A DNA stretch of 64,000 nucleotides from Burkholderiales bacterium (GTDB lineage: Bacteria; Pseudomonadota; Gammaproteobacteria; Burkholderiales; Burkholderiaceae_C), in assembly GCA_038230935.1 (NCBI GenBank), contig JBBRMH010000001.1, positions 2,116 through 66,115 of the forward strand. Direction: 5' to 3'. Each line of letters begins with the position of its first letter. Within the stretch, counting starts at the first letter, position 1. Below are positions 29,941 to 38,976 of this stretch, piece after piece. Under the pieces are notes generated by a model. That model was given only the letters and a program-made list of their open reading frames with translations. It did not search any database and was not told the DNA's origin. The position numbers were made by a program, and so were the translations under genes.

Positions 29941-31002
29941 TCAGTCGCCCAAAAGCTTTGCACCCGCATTGGCCTGAAGAGCGCCACTTCGAAAATACCC
30001 CAATACTGCATGGATGCTGCGGTGTCCGGTCATCGCCATGGTGTCGGCCAGCGGTACGTTCTGGCGCCCCGCCTCGGTGACAAAACCGGCTCTGAGCGAG
30101 TGCGCAGAAAAGTCGCCCTCAACGCCCGCCAGGACGCAGCGCGCTTTGACAATGTCACGCACCGATGCGCCGGACAGTGCCGGGCCGAGGTTGCCACCTT
30201 TGAGTACACGCCTGAATATCGGTCCTTCAGCAATTGAGGCGTTCTCCAGCCAGGCCGTGAGCGCTGCAGCAGCGGGGCCAAACAGCGGTTTGACGTTTTC
30301 CGGGAGGTCTGCACCCGTCTGGTTTGTTTTTGAGTTGTGAAGGGTATAGACGTAACCTCCAGGAACCGCCTTCAGGAACGCCATGTTCGCACTGGCCACT
30401 TCAGACCGACGCCGGCCACCGCTGGACCAGGCGAACAAAAGCAGTGCCCGGTCGCGCCTGCCCCGCAGGGAGTCATCGCAAGTGGCCAGCATCAATTCCA
30501 GCGGGTCTTTGGTCAAGGCTTCTTTTTTGACTGCGAGGACGCCGCGCTTGGCATACGCCTTGCGCGTGCGCGACAGCAACTCGCGTACCTGGCCGTCGCG
30601 GCAAGGGTTTTTGAGCTCGCGCATTTGGTGCGCCTTGGAAAGCACGGCAATCCGGTGCACCAGCGTGTTGTGTGCGAGCGCACCCAGCTTGCCTTTGTAG
30701 CCAGCATCCACCAGAGCCTGATCAATGACAGCCGGGAGTTCGCAAACCAGTCCCTGACTGGTTGTGCGTTCGGCATGGTCAACGATGAACTGAAGCACGC
30801 ACGGCACTGAAAGCGGGAGCTGGATCTGATCGTCATAGCGGCACCCATACCAGGCCGCCCAGTAGCGCAAGGCACTCCGGTAACTGGCCTGGGTGTTTTT
30901 GGACTCGCCTTCGCGAAGCAAATCTTCTACGGCACTGGCTGTGACGCCGTTCAGCACATTGGGACTTAAAGAAGGGACATTTTGAAGGACAGGCAAGCGC
31001 AT
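29941..31002 (-). CDS. Tyrosine site-specific recombinase (TnpS-like)
   Basis: 353 aa. The N-terminal SAM-like domain carries YRSALRYWAAWY. The catalytic set is present: GGRRRSEV (Arg), HSLRAGF (His-x-x-Arg) and GHRSIHAVLGYFR (His..Tyr). Confidence 0.9.
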   Translation of the reverse strand: MRLPVLQNVPSLSPNVLNGVTASAVEDLLREGESKNTQASYRSALRYWAAWYGCRYDDQIQLPLSVPCVLQFIVDHAERTTSQGLVCELPAVIDQALVDAGYKGKLGALAHNTLVHRIAVLSKAHQMRELKNPCRDGQVRELLSRTRKAYAKRGVLAVKKEALTKDPLELMLATCDDSLRGRRDRALLLFAWSSGGRRRSEVASANMAFLKAVPGGYVYTLHNSKTNQTGADLPENVKPLFGPAAAALTAWLENASIAEGPIFRRVLKGGNLGPALSGASVRDIVKARCVLAGVEGDFSAHSLRAGFVTEAGRQNVPLADTMAMTGHRSIHAVLGYFRSGALQANAGAKLLGD

Positions 31003-31122
31003 ATGAAAATAATCTTTGTTAAAATAAATAATAATACATGTTATGTATGATATATTACATAATATCTAAATAAGTCACGATAACAATCCCTTATCGTGGG
31101 TAAATGTAATGGATGGAGAAAA
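31003..31122. promoter_or_regulatory. Very AT-rich divergent control region with two inverted repeats (candidate recombination/resolution site plus promoters)
   Basis: IR-a is CATGTTATGTA (31037-31047) / TACATAATATC (31056-31066), with 7-bp perfect cores TTATGTA/TACATAA and an 8-bp spacer. IR-b is CACGATAA (31076-31083) / TTATCGTG (31091-31098), with a 7-bp spacer, 25 nt before the downstream ATG. Confidence 0.5.
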
Positions 31123-32139
31123 ATGATGCAATTCAAGAGTGCCAGGGGTGTCCAGCAGGTTGATGTGTCAGATGCGGCAGATGCGCTGATTGCAGATGGC
31201 TTGCGGCCAACGATTGAGCGGGTGCGGCAAAAAATGGGACGCGGCTCCCCGAATACGGTCAGTCCGATGCTGGACGCCTGGTTTGGTGCACTGGGCGCAC
31301 GGCTGACGGGTAACCACAGCGTGTCAACGGTTGATGCCATCCCCGGTCCTGTGCGGGAGGGAATGAAAAAATTATGGGACATGGCACTGGCCAGCGGACG
31401 GGAAGAGGCCGATGTGCAGGTTGCCCAGCTACAGGCACGCCTTGAGGATGAACGCGCTGCACTTGCAGCCAAAGCCATTGGGTTTGTGCAACGCGAGCAA
31501 CTGCATACAGAACGGATGCAGGCCAGTGAAAACGCGTTAAATGCCGCAAAAAATCAGATTGAAGACCTCAGAGGGCAATACGCAGACCTGCGCAAATCGC
31601 TTAAAGAACGCGAAACAGAAGTCGCAGGTCAGCGCGCCAGACAGGAAGCCCTTGAACAAGCCTGGACAGCGCAAAGACGCAAAGACGCCGATGACGCTGC
31701 ACAGCAAGCCCGGGAGCGTGAACGCGCAGACGAGCGTGCCGCTTCAACAGAGCGACGCCTGCTGCAAGAGGTAGACCGGGCGCGGCAGGAAACCAAACTT
31801 CTGCGCTCAGCTGCGCTGGAGCTTGAAAAGCGCAATGCAGCGCAGCAAAGCCAGTGGGAAGAAACCCTGCACACACGCAGCAATGAGCTGGGCCTGGCGC
31901 TTGAGCAAAGTGCACAAAAAAGCACAGAACTACGTACGACCCAAGAAGCACTCGCCACCGCTCATTTAAAAGCCGAAGAACTCAAGGGTTTATTTGACAA
32001 GCAGCGACTGGCCAACGAGTCTGCCATTGCGCAGCTGACACGGGCACTTGCCAACAGATCGCGCCTGGCCACGTCGGTGCCCAACCCGAAAAACAGGGGA
32101 AAGTTAAGGAATCAGGCTATCCGTATCAAACGCCCTTGA
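31123..32139 (+). CDS. KfrA_N-type DNA-binding protein with long coiled coil (TnpT-like)
   Basis: VSDAADALIADGLRPTIERVRQKMGRGSPNTVSPMLDAWF matches the KfrA N-terminal DNA-binding motif. The remainder is heptad-rich and Glu/Arg/Ala/Gln-rich coiled coil. The ATG at 31123 follows GGATGGAG. Confidence 0.72.
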   Translation: MMQFKSARGVQQVDVSDAADALIADGLRPTIERVRQKMGRGSPNTVSPMLDAWFGALGARLTGNHSVSTVDAIPGPVREGMKKLWDMALASGREEADVQVAQLQARLEDERAALAAKAIGFVQREQLHTERMQASENALNAAKNQIEDLRGQYADLRKSLKERETEVAGQRARQEALEQAWTAQRRKDADDAAQQARERERADERAASTERRLLQEVDRARQETKLLRSAALELEKRNAAQQSQWEETLHTRSNELGLALEQSAQKSTELRTTQEALATAHLKAEELKGLFDKQRLANESAIAQLTRALANRSRLATSVPNPKNRGKLRNQAIRIKRP

Positions 32140-32385
32140 AAGCTTATTTTCATTTTTTACGCTCTCAAGCCTGACAGACTCCAGGGCCAAACCATCTCCT
32201 TGAATTTTTCATCAACTGTCGTTTATCTGGTTGATTTGAAAGGGTTTGCCAGACAAATGAATCCAGCGTGGATAAATGCGTGGGCTGTTCGTTTCTGCTT
32301 GACTTCAGGCACTTCCAGGGCTTGCCCGATGTCAGCTCATAATGTTTGCTGTGTCACAATGGATGATGGTTCATCACAAATTGCC

Positions 32386-34647
32386 ATGCAGAAAAAATTA
32401 CGGGTTTTAACGCTGCACTTTGCCACGACAGCTGGCTGTTTCTGTACGTTGATCTGGTTATTGAGTGGTTGTGCAAGCAAGCCTGTTGCCCCAACCTCCT
32501 CGGCAGTTGCACCTACTGGCCCACCTCCCGGGTTTTTTATACCCTATGGCACTTTTGCCAAACCGGGAGGTGAACGCAAGCCGGACAGCGCAGCACCTGG
32601 AGCTGCAGCTGCTGTTGCAGCTCCACAGCCAGCGCCTGTCGTGGTTACGCCTCGTGCATCTGTTGCCCCGGCGCCGCTTGTAGCCAAGCCTGTGCTACCG
32701 CCCTCCGTGCCTGTGGCAGCACCACTGAACACCCTACAAGCGGCTCCCGCAGCGGTGCCCACCAGTATCCAGGCCACACAGGCACCCACTGTGTCTGTCA
32801 ATAAATCTGCTCCATTACCCCTATCCGCCCCTGTTGCAGCGTCCAGTACTGCCATTTCTCCGCCTGAGGCAAAAATGGCAATCGCTTCACCTTCACTCAA
32901 CAATCCGGTGTCGAACACGACTGTGGCTTTACCTGAACCCCAGGTGGTGGTCTATGCCTCTCCCGCCGCGAAAGCTTATTTGTCCAAAACAGGCGTGGAT
33001 GGCAGTATCAACGCGCAAGTGTGGTCAGTGTTTCTTGCCAAATACCAGATTCCATTTCAAGTTATTACTGCTGTAGAAAAGCTTGAGATGACATCGGCGA
33101 GGGTTCTTGTGCTGCCTTCTTCTGTAGTGCTTTCAGAGCGGGAAAAGCAGGCTGTCATCACTTTGCGCTCCAAAGGTATCAACGTTCTGGCATCCTGGCT
33201 AACGGGCGTTCGGAGTGAAAGTGGCGATGACCTGGGCTATGGATTCATGGAACAAGTGCTGGATGTCAAGGTTGTTGGAACAACTGCAGCCGACGAGAAA
33301 GACAACTTCATGTTGCCTCATGGTGACAATCCCATTACGCATTACCTGCCCGCTGGTTCCCGTATCTGGTTGGACCGCGTGAAAGGTTTGTACCCCTTGC
33401 GTCTCCAGGGGCGGCACCGGGCTGCAGAGATCATGGATTGGTCACGCGTACCAGCATTGGGGAAAGAGAGTGCAACCATTGTCTTTGACGAGCGTCCGGC
33501 GAATTCGATTCAAGCATCGCGTTCTGTTGTGCTCGGGTATCCCGAACAACTCTGGTTAAGTGCAGATCCCAAACAACTTGAAGCGATTGCCTACAACGCG
33601 TTGATGTGGCTGCTCCATCAGCCCGCTGTTTATAAAACAGCTTGGCCACATCCCTTTGGAAGTGCCATGGTGGTGGCTATTGATATTTCTGATGTCGTCA
33701 CAGAGGCAGAACTTGCCAATGCAAAGCTGCTTGAAGACGCAGGCTTACGCGGTTCGTACTTTGTGCTCAGCGAGTACGTGGTCAAGTCAGCCAATCGGTT
33801 GAGACGACTCAAGTCGGCAGGGCACGAGATCGCTTTTTTGGGTGACAGTTTCAATGATTTCAAGGACCAGGCTCCTGAGCTGCAAGCCAAACGCCTGGAC
33901 AGCATGCGGCAAATATTTGCCACGGCAGATCTTGATTTGCCGCCCGATGTCGGCTTTCACGCACCCATGGACTCGTATGACAAAAATACACAAAATCTTT
34001 TGAAGCAGAGGACATTTGGGTACTTTTTGGCATCCATGGACGTTTCAGATGCTCAACTGCCTTTCTTGGTAGCTCGTGATATCAGTCAGGATCCTGCGCG
34101 AAACACCAAAGATATGGTGATTCTTCCTCGTACCCTCAATGGACCCGAAGAGTCCATTGACAACTGCACGCCCGAGATCGGGATCAGGGCATTTATCAAC
34201 GAATTGAATCTGGCTGAAAAAATGGCTGGTCTCAGCGTTGTTGCATTACCCAGTAAAAATGAGCTTACTGACGCCCAAGTGGCTGAAATACTCAAGGATA
34301 TTGGTTCGCGTCGCGAAAAGATGTGGATGGCTACCTCCGCTCAGGTAGCAGATTGGTGGAGAGAGCGCGAGCGCGTGAGCATTCAATTAGAGGCGGGTGA
34401 AAATGCGCCTGTTTTGACTGTAACTGTAGCCTCTGGCCCTGCCTTGTCACAGGCAGTATCAGCATTTATAAACCTGCCAGACAGTGACGCAATGGTGCGG
34501 CTCGTGGCCCGAGGACATCAAGAAAAATCACCGCAGATAACGACAGTTGATGCATGGCGCACAGCTGTTGTTTTAAAAGGATGGAAGCCAGGGCAATACA
34601 AGTGGGATGTCTATTTTGACAAGGCTGCTAAAAACCTGGCGAAATAG
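32386..34647 (+). CDS. Lipoprotein with Pro/Ala-rich linker, unknown N-domain and degenerate NodB (polysaccharide deacetylase) homology domain
   Basis: The lipobox LLSGC follows MQKKLRVL.... About 190 aa are P/A/V-rich. The protein is a paralog of the next gene throughout, but the NodB motifs are altered: GHEIAFLGDSF (both His lost), FHAP (Arg lost) and LSVVALP (His lost). Confidence 0.7.
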   Translation: MQKKLRVLTLHFATTAGCFCTLIWLLSGCASKPVAPTSSAVAPTGPPPGFFIPYGTFAKPGGERKPDSAAPGAAAAVAAPQPAPVVVTPRASVAPAPLVAKPVLPPSVPVAAPLNTLQAAPAAVPTSIQATQAPTVSVNKSAPLPLSAPVAASSTAISPPEAKMAIASPSLNNPVSNTTVALPEPQVVVYASPAAKAYLSKTGVDGSINAQVWSVFLAKYQIPFQVITAVEKLEMTSARVLVLPSSVVLSEREKQAVITLRSKGINVLASWLTGVRSESGDDLGYGFMEQVLDVKVVGTTAADEKDNFMLPHGDNPITHYLPAGSRIWLDRVKGLYPLRLQGRHRAAEIMDWSRVPALGKESATIVFDERPANSIQASRSVVLGYPEQLWLSADPKQLEAIAYNALMWLLHQPAVYKTAWPHPFGSAMVVAIDISDVVTEAELANAKLLEDAGLRGSYFVLSEYVVKSANRLRRLKSAGHEIAFLGDSFNDFKDQAPELQAKRLDSMRQIFATADLDLPPDVGFHAPMDSYDKNTQNLLKQRTFGYFLASMDVSDAQLPFLVARDISQDPARNTKDMVILPRTLNGPEESIDNCTPEIGIRAFINELNLAEKMAGLSVVALPSKNELTDAQVAEILKDIGSRREKMWMATSAQVADWWRERERVSIQLEAGENAPVLTVTVASGPALSQAVSAFINLPDSDAMVRLVARGHQEKSPQITTVDAWRTAVVLKGWKPGQYKWDVYFDKAAKNLAK

Positions 34648-34673
34648 TCGCTTTCTCACCGAAATAGACAGTT

Positions 34674-36461
34674 ATGTACATGCGCACATTATTGATTTGG
34701 ATAGTTTTATGGATGTCAGCTGCTGCCTGCCTTGCAAAAGAGTCACCTGACAAGCCAATCTACCTGTACTTGAGTCCGTTAACAAAAAAATACCTTGAAG
34801 CCAAGGGTACTTCAGATATTCCCACCTTGACGATCTGGCGAAAATATCTTCGAAAAGCCTGTAGATGCTTCGTGGAGTTGAACCGCACAGAGCTGCTTGC
34901 AAAACCTAAATCTGGCGTGTTGATTCTCGCCTCTGCTGAGGTCCTGGATGACGAAGAACGAAAAGCCATTGAAGGGTTTGCAGCAACGGGGGGAAGTGTC
35001 CTGGCCACGTGGATGACTGGTACGCGTGATGCCAAGGCACAATTAAAGGGTTTTGATTTTCTTGAGAACCTGTTCAAGATAAAAGTAGCCGGAGAATTTA
35101 GCCGAAAAAATGCAGAGGATTGGTTCCTGATGCCTTATGGTGATGGGCCGTTGACATGGCCAGTACCTGCAGGTCGAAGAATGTTTTCTGGTGATTCTGC
35201 TCAAACCATGCTGCGCGTAGAGTCAGTCAATCTGGCCGCCGTAGGCATGAGTTGGGAGCGCGGGAAGGACGAACTGGGTCCTATCGGGGTAATCGCCTTC
35301 AATGAAACCACCACTTCACGTGGTGTGTATTTTTCATTCCCTGAGTCGTCTTGGGGTTTTTCCCAGAAAGCCGATATGCTGGCCATCATGGACAGCTCTA
35401 TCGCCTGGCTAAGGCGTGAGCCGCAAGTGGTCAAGTCTGCCTGGCCGAATGCAAACATTGCAGCACAACTGATAGAAATGGACACTGAAGACAAATTCTT
35501 CTCAGCGCCTAATTTTGCTAAAGACCTGGAGTCCGTAGGTATCAAAGGAACCTTCTACAGCCTGACATCAGAAGCTGTCAAATACCCTGAGATTGTGAAA
35601 GATCTTCTTGCCCGAGGCCATGAAATCGCTTACCACGCGGACGTACATTTGGGGTTTGAAAAACTCAAACCTGAAAAGCAGGAAGAGCGTATTTTGAATA
35701 TGAAAGAGCAGTTAAAGAGTATTTTGGGTGAAACATACAATATCGCTACCGGTTTTAGGGCGCCTACAGAATCGTACGATGCAACGACAGAAATACTTTT
35801 AAGAAAGCACGGCATGTTGCACCATGCAGCTGATCCAGCTTCAACCGATGATCGACTGCCATTTTTCTCGAAAGCTGAACCCAAACCTGATACCCAACAG
35901 GCGCTGGTGGTGTTACCCAGAACCCAATACGACGATGTCAGCTATACAGCGTTTGATTACGACGCTAAAAAAACGCTCGACAACATGATTTATGACCTGG
36001 ATGTGACTGTTCGCAGTGGTGCTTTCGGACTGCTTTCTGTGCATACGCAAAATTATGCAGATGGGAAATTGCTTCAGAAAGTGATGCCTGATTACATGAA
36101 ATACATTGCAACTTACAAAGACCGCATATGGATACCGCGTGCAGACCAGATTGCGGCATGGTGGCGCAAGCGTGCATTGGTGACAGTGACCCAGAATAAA
36201 ACCGTCAGGTCGGTGCAGACCCTGGACAAACAGCTTCAAAGCAAAGATATTGTGCTTCGGCTGTCTGTGGCCGCGCCAGGCAATGTAGAGGGTTTAACGG
36301 TGTTTTCCATGAATCCTAAAAGTGGCCAACTTCCCTCGGTGCAGGCCAGTAACGCCAGCGCGCCCAAATTCAGGATCAAACTGGTGGACGCCTTTCGTAC
36401 AGCGCTGGTGTTTGACAAACTGGATGCTGGTGATTTTGAGTATGTAATCAGATATCAGTGA
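34674..36461 (+). CDS. Secreted polysaccharide deacetylase (NodB homology) family protein with unknown N-terminal domain
   Basis: Signal peptide MRTLLIWIVLWMSAAACLA. NodB motifs are intact: EMDTED, GHEIAYHADVH, FRAPTESYD and LLSVHTQ. The N-domain is homologous to the upstream paralog. The gene is AT-richer than its surroundings. Confidence 0.75.
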   Translation: MYMRTLLIWIVLWMSAAACLAKESPDKPIYLYLSPLTKKYLEAKGTSDIPTLTIWRKYLRKACRCFVELNRTELLAKPKSGVLILASAEVLDDEERKAIEGFAATGGSVLATWMTGTRDAKAQLKGFDFLENLFKIKVAGEFSRKNAEDWFLMPYGDGPLTWPVPAGRRMFSGDSAQTMLRVESVNLAAVGMSWERGKDELGPIGVIAFNETTTSRGVYFSFPESSWGFSQKADMLAIMDSSIAWLRREPQVVKSAWPNANIAAQLIEMDTEDKFFSAPNFAKDLESVGIKGTFYSLTSEAVKYPEIVKDLLARGHEIAYHADVHLGFEKLKPEKQEERILNMKEQLKSILGETYNIATGFRAPTESYDATTEILLRKHGMLHHAADPASTDDRLPFFSKAEPKPDTQQALVVLPRTQYDDVSYTAFDYDAKKTLDNMIYDLDVTVRSGAFGLLSVHTQNYADGKLLQKVMPDYMKYIATYKDRIWIPRADQIAAWWRKRALVTVTQNKTVRSVQTLDKQLQSKDIVLRLSVAAPGNVEGLTVFSMNPKSGQLPSVQASNASAPKFRIKLVDAFRTALVFDKLDAGDFEYVIRYQ

Positions 36462-36497
36462 TCTTTAAGGCCAGCTTTTTACTTTTTGAACCCATCC

Positions 36498-37418
36498 ATG
36501 CGTCTGCGTCACATTGAAGTGTTCAATGCCGTCATGCTGACCGGCACGGTAAGCGCTGCAGCGCGGCTGATCAGCGTGAGCCAGCCGGCGGTCAGCCGCA
36601 TCCTGCAACATGCCGAGCTGCAATTGGGTTTTGCATTGTTTCAGCGCAGCAAGGGGCGGCTTGTACCGACACCCGAGGCTCTGGCACTCTACCCGCATAT
36701 CGAACGCCTTTTTACCCAGCTTGACGAAGTACAGCGTCTGGCTGCCCATCTTAAAACCGGGGGTGCTGCCGCCGAGCTGCGCATCCTGACCGTGCTGGCA
36801 TTGAGCTACGACATCCTGCCGCATGCCATTTTGCTGTTTCGTGTCAAGCACCCGCATGTGCCTATCACCGTCAAAGCCCTGCATTCACCACAAATCGTGT
36901 CAGCGCTGGCTTTGCAGGAAGCCGATGTGGGTTTTCTGTTCAGCCCGGTGGTTCACTCTGCATTGGCCCAGGAGCATCTGGCAGACGGCCACATGGTGTG
37001 CATTGCGCCCAAAGGTATGCTGTCAGCGCGTCTTTTAAAGCGCGGCACGGTCACACTGGCAGACTTGCTCAAGGTACCCGTGATTGGTCTGGATGTACTT
37101 GACCCGGTTGGCCGCAGTCTGAGCCCGGCTTGCAGGGAATCCGGTGTAAGTCTGCAGTTTCACATCACTGTGCAAACCTACCACTCTGCGCTGGCGCTGG
37201 CCCATCATGGGCTGGGTGTTGCCCTGGTTGACACCTGCACAGCTGCTTCTGCCGACCGCACCCGCGTGGACGTGCTGGCTCTGGAACCCTTGATTGCGGT
37301 GCCCATCAAGGCCTTGCTGCCTGCAGGCAAGCCTGCATCTGTGGCTGTGAGGGCGTTTGTGCGCTGTTTTGAACAAGCCATCGCTTATGCAGCCAAGGCG
37401 TCGCCCAACATGCGCTGA
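36498..37418 (+). CDS. LysR-family transcriptional regulator
   Basis: MRLRHIEVFNAVMLTGTVSAAARLISVSQPAVSRILQHAE is the HTH. A LysR substrate-binding domain follows. Confidence 0.9.
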   Translation: MRLRHIEVFNAVMLTGTVSAAARLISVSQPAVSRILQHAELQLGFALFQRSKGRLVPTPEALALYPHIERLFTQLDEVQRLAAHLKTGGAAAELRILTVLALSYDILPHAILLFRVKHPHVPITVKALHSPQIVSALALQEADVGFLFSPVVHSALAQEHLADGHMVCIAPKGMLSARLLKRGTVTLADLLKVPVIGLDVLDPVGRSLSPACRESGVSLQFHITVQTYHSALALAHHGLGVALVDTCTAASADRTRVDVLALEPLIAVPIKALLPAGKPASVAVRAFVRCFEQAIAYAAKASPNMR

Positions 37419-37474
37419 CCGCAGTCACTGCAGTGAATCTGTACAGTTGACCTGGCGAGTTGATCTGGCAAGTT

Positions 37475-38689
37475 TCATGGCATGGTTAGCAAACGATTGA
37501 TTCGTGCTGCTGAACCAAACGCCAGCGTGAACCCCAGCGCACCGTGCCCTGCGTTAAACAGCAGATTGTCTGGCCCCTTGGCGTGCCGGCCAATGGTGGG
37601 GCGGGCGGTTGGTGTGACTGGTCGCAGGCCTGCCCACGAGTTGAGCTCTGTAAATGCGCTACAACCGGGGAAGATGGCTTGCGTTGAGGCTTTCAAAGAG
37701 GCGATTTGCGGCGTTTCAATCGCCGTACTGTAGCCCGCCAGTTCAGCCATGCCCGCCACACGCAGACGCGAGCCGATGCGCGCAAAAACTACTTTGCGGT
37801 CGCTGTCAGTGACGCTGATAAAGGGCGCTGCAGCGGGCGAGCCATCAACTTCAACCGTGATGCTGTAGCCCTTGAGGGGGTAAATTGGCAAATACACGCC
37901 CAGCTTTCTGGCCATGGGGGCTGCTGTAGCACCCAGTGCCATCACATAATAATCAGCTTCGATGGCACCTTCTGGTGTGCTGACTGCAGCCACCAAACCC
38001 TGGCGCACTACCAGTTGGTTAATCGCTGTATTGAGTAAAAAATTTACGCCGCGTGCCCGAAGCACTGCCACAAGGCCATCGCAGGTTTTCTGGCAGTCTG
38101 CTGCGCATTCACCAGGCGTATAGATGGCTCCAGCAATGTGCTGGTACTGGTGTTGAAGGGCAGGTTCGAGCGCCACGCAGCGGTCAGCGTTCACAGCCTC
38201 TTGCGTGCTGCCCAGCGCGCGCTGCAGCAACATCTGCTGGTTTGCAGCATCAAATGCGTCAGGGCTTGAGAACAGCACTAATTTTCCTGTGCTTGAAAAG
38301 TCGCAGTCCAGTTGTTCACGGGCCATCATGGCATCGAATGCCTGACGGCTCTCCAGCGCCAGCTGCAGCAGCTGTGCGGTGGTTTCGCGCGATGCCGCTG
38401 TGTTGCAGGCCGCCAGAAAGCGCAGACCCCATAGCCATTGACGGGGATCCAATTGTGGCTTGATCTTGAGTGGGGACGTGGGCGACAACAGTAATTTTGG
38501 AAGTTGCGCCCAGATACCCGGATCGGCCAGCGGTTGCACATAAGAATAGCTCAGCTGCGAGCCGTTGCCACCACTGGCACCGCTTCCAGGATGGCCCCGG
38601 TCAATCACCGTCACCTCATGGCCCGCACCGCTCAATGCATAAGCCGTTGCCAGACCCACAATACCTGCTCCCAGCATACACACGCGCAT
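37475..38689 (-). CDS. FAD-dependent D-amino acid dehydrogenase-like oxidoreductase
   Basis: MRVCMLGAGIVGLATAYAL..GHEVTVIDR is the dinucleotide-binding motif. The sequence is DadA-like throughout, including the C-terminal FNAGHGALGFTLA. Confidence 0.82.
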   Translation of the reverse strand: MRVCMLGAGIVGLATAYALSGAGHEVTVIDRGHPGSGASGGNGSQLSYSYVQPLADPGIWAQLPKLLLSPTSPLKIKPQLDPRQWLWGLRFLAACNTAASRETTAQLLQLALESRQAFDAMMAREQLDCDFSSTGKLVLFSSPDAFDAANQQMLLQRALGSTQEAVNADRCVALEPALQHQYQHIAGAIYTPGECAADCQKTCDGLVAVLRARGVNFLLNTAINQLVVRQGLVAAVSTPEGAIEADYYVMALGATAAPMARKLGVYLPIYPLKGYSITVEVDGSPAAAPFISVTDSDRKVVFARIGSRLRVAGMAELAGYSTAIETPQIASLKASTQAIFPGCSAFTELNSWAGLRPVTPTARPTIGRHAKGPDNLLFNAGHGALGFTLAFGSAARINRLLTMP

Positions 38690-38976
38690 GACAAGTCCTT
38701 TTTAACTTTTGAAAACCAGTGCCAGGCAAGTTTATGCATCGCGCCTACAGGTGAACAATGCTGAATCAGCCACAGGCTATGACTTGAGGTTATGCCTTCA
38801 GGGCAGCCAGTGCGCCAGGTTGAAGACCACCATGGGTAATCCATGAGTTTTTGACATAGGTTTGTTGCGAAAATGAATGACCTTGGTGATCATGTGTTCA
38901 TACACTGACAGTGTCAGCACACGTTCACTACCCTTCGCTAAACCTGTTACGCATCTGCTCCCCGAAAGGACACGAC

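Noticed and set aside
29941-31002. The integrase as a marker of a prophage or ICE.
   Set aside because: There are no phage structural, replication, excisionase or conjugation genes nearby, and no flanking tRNA or att repeats. The divergent KfrA-like partner fits a resolution module better.
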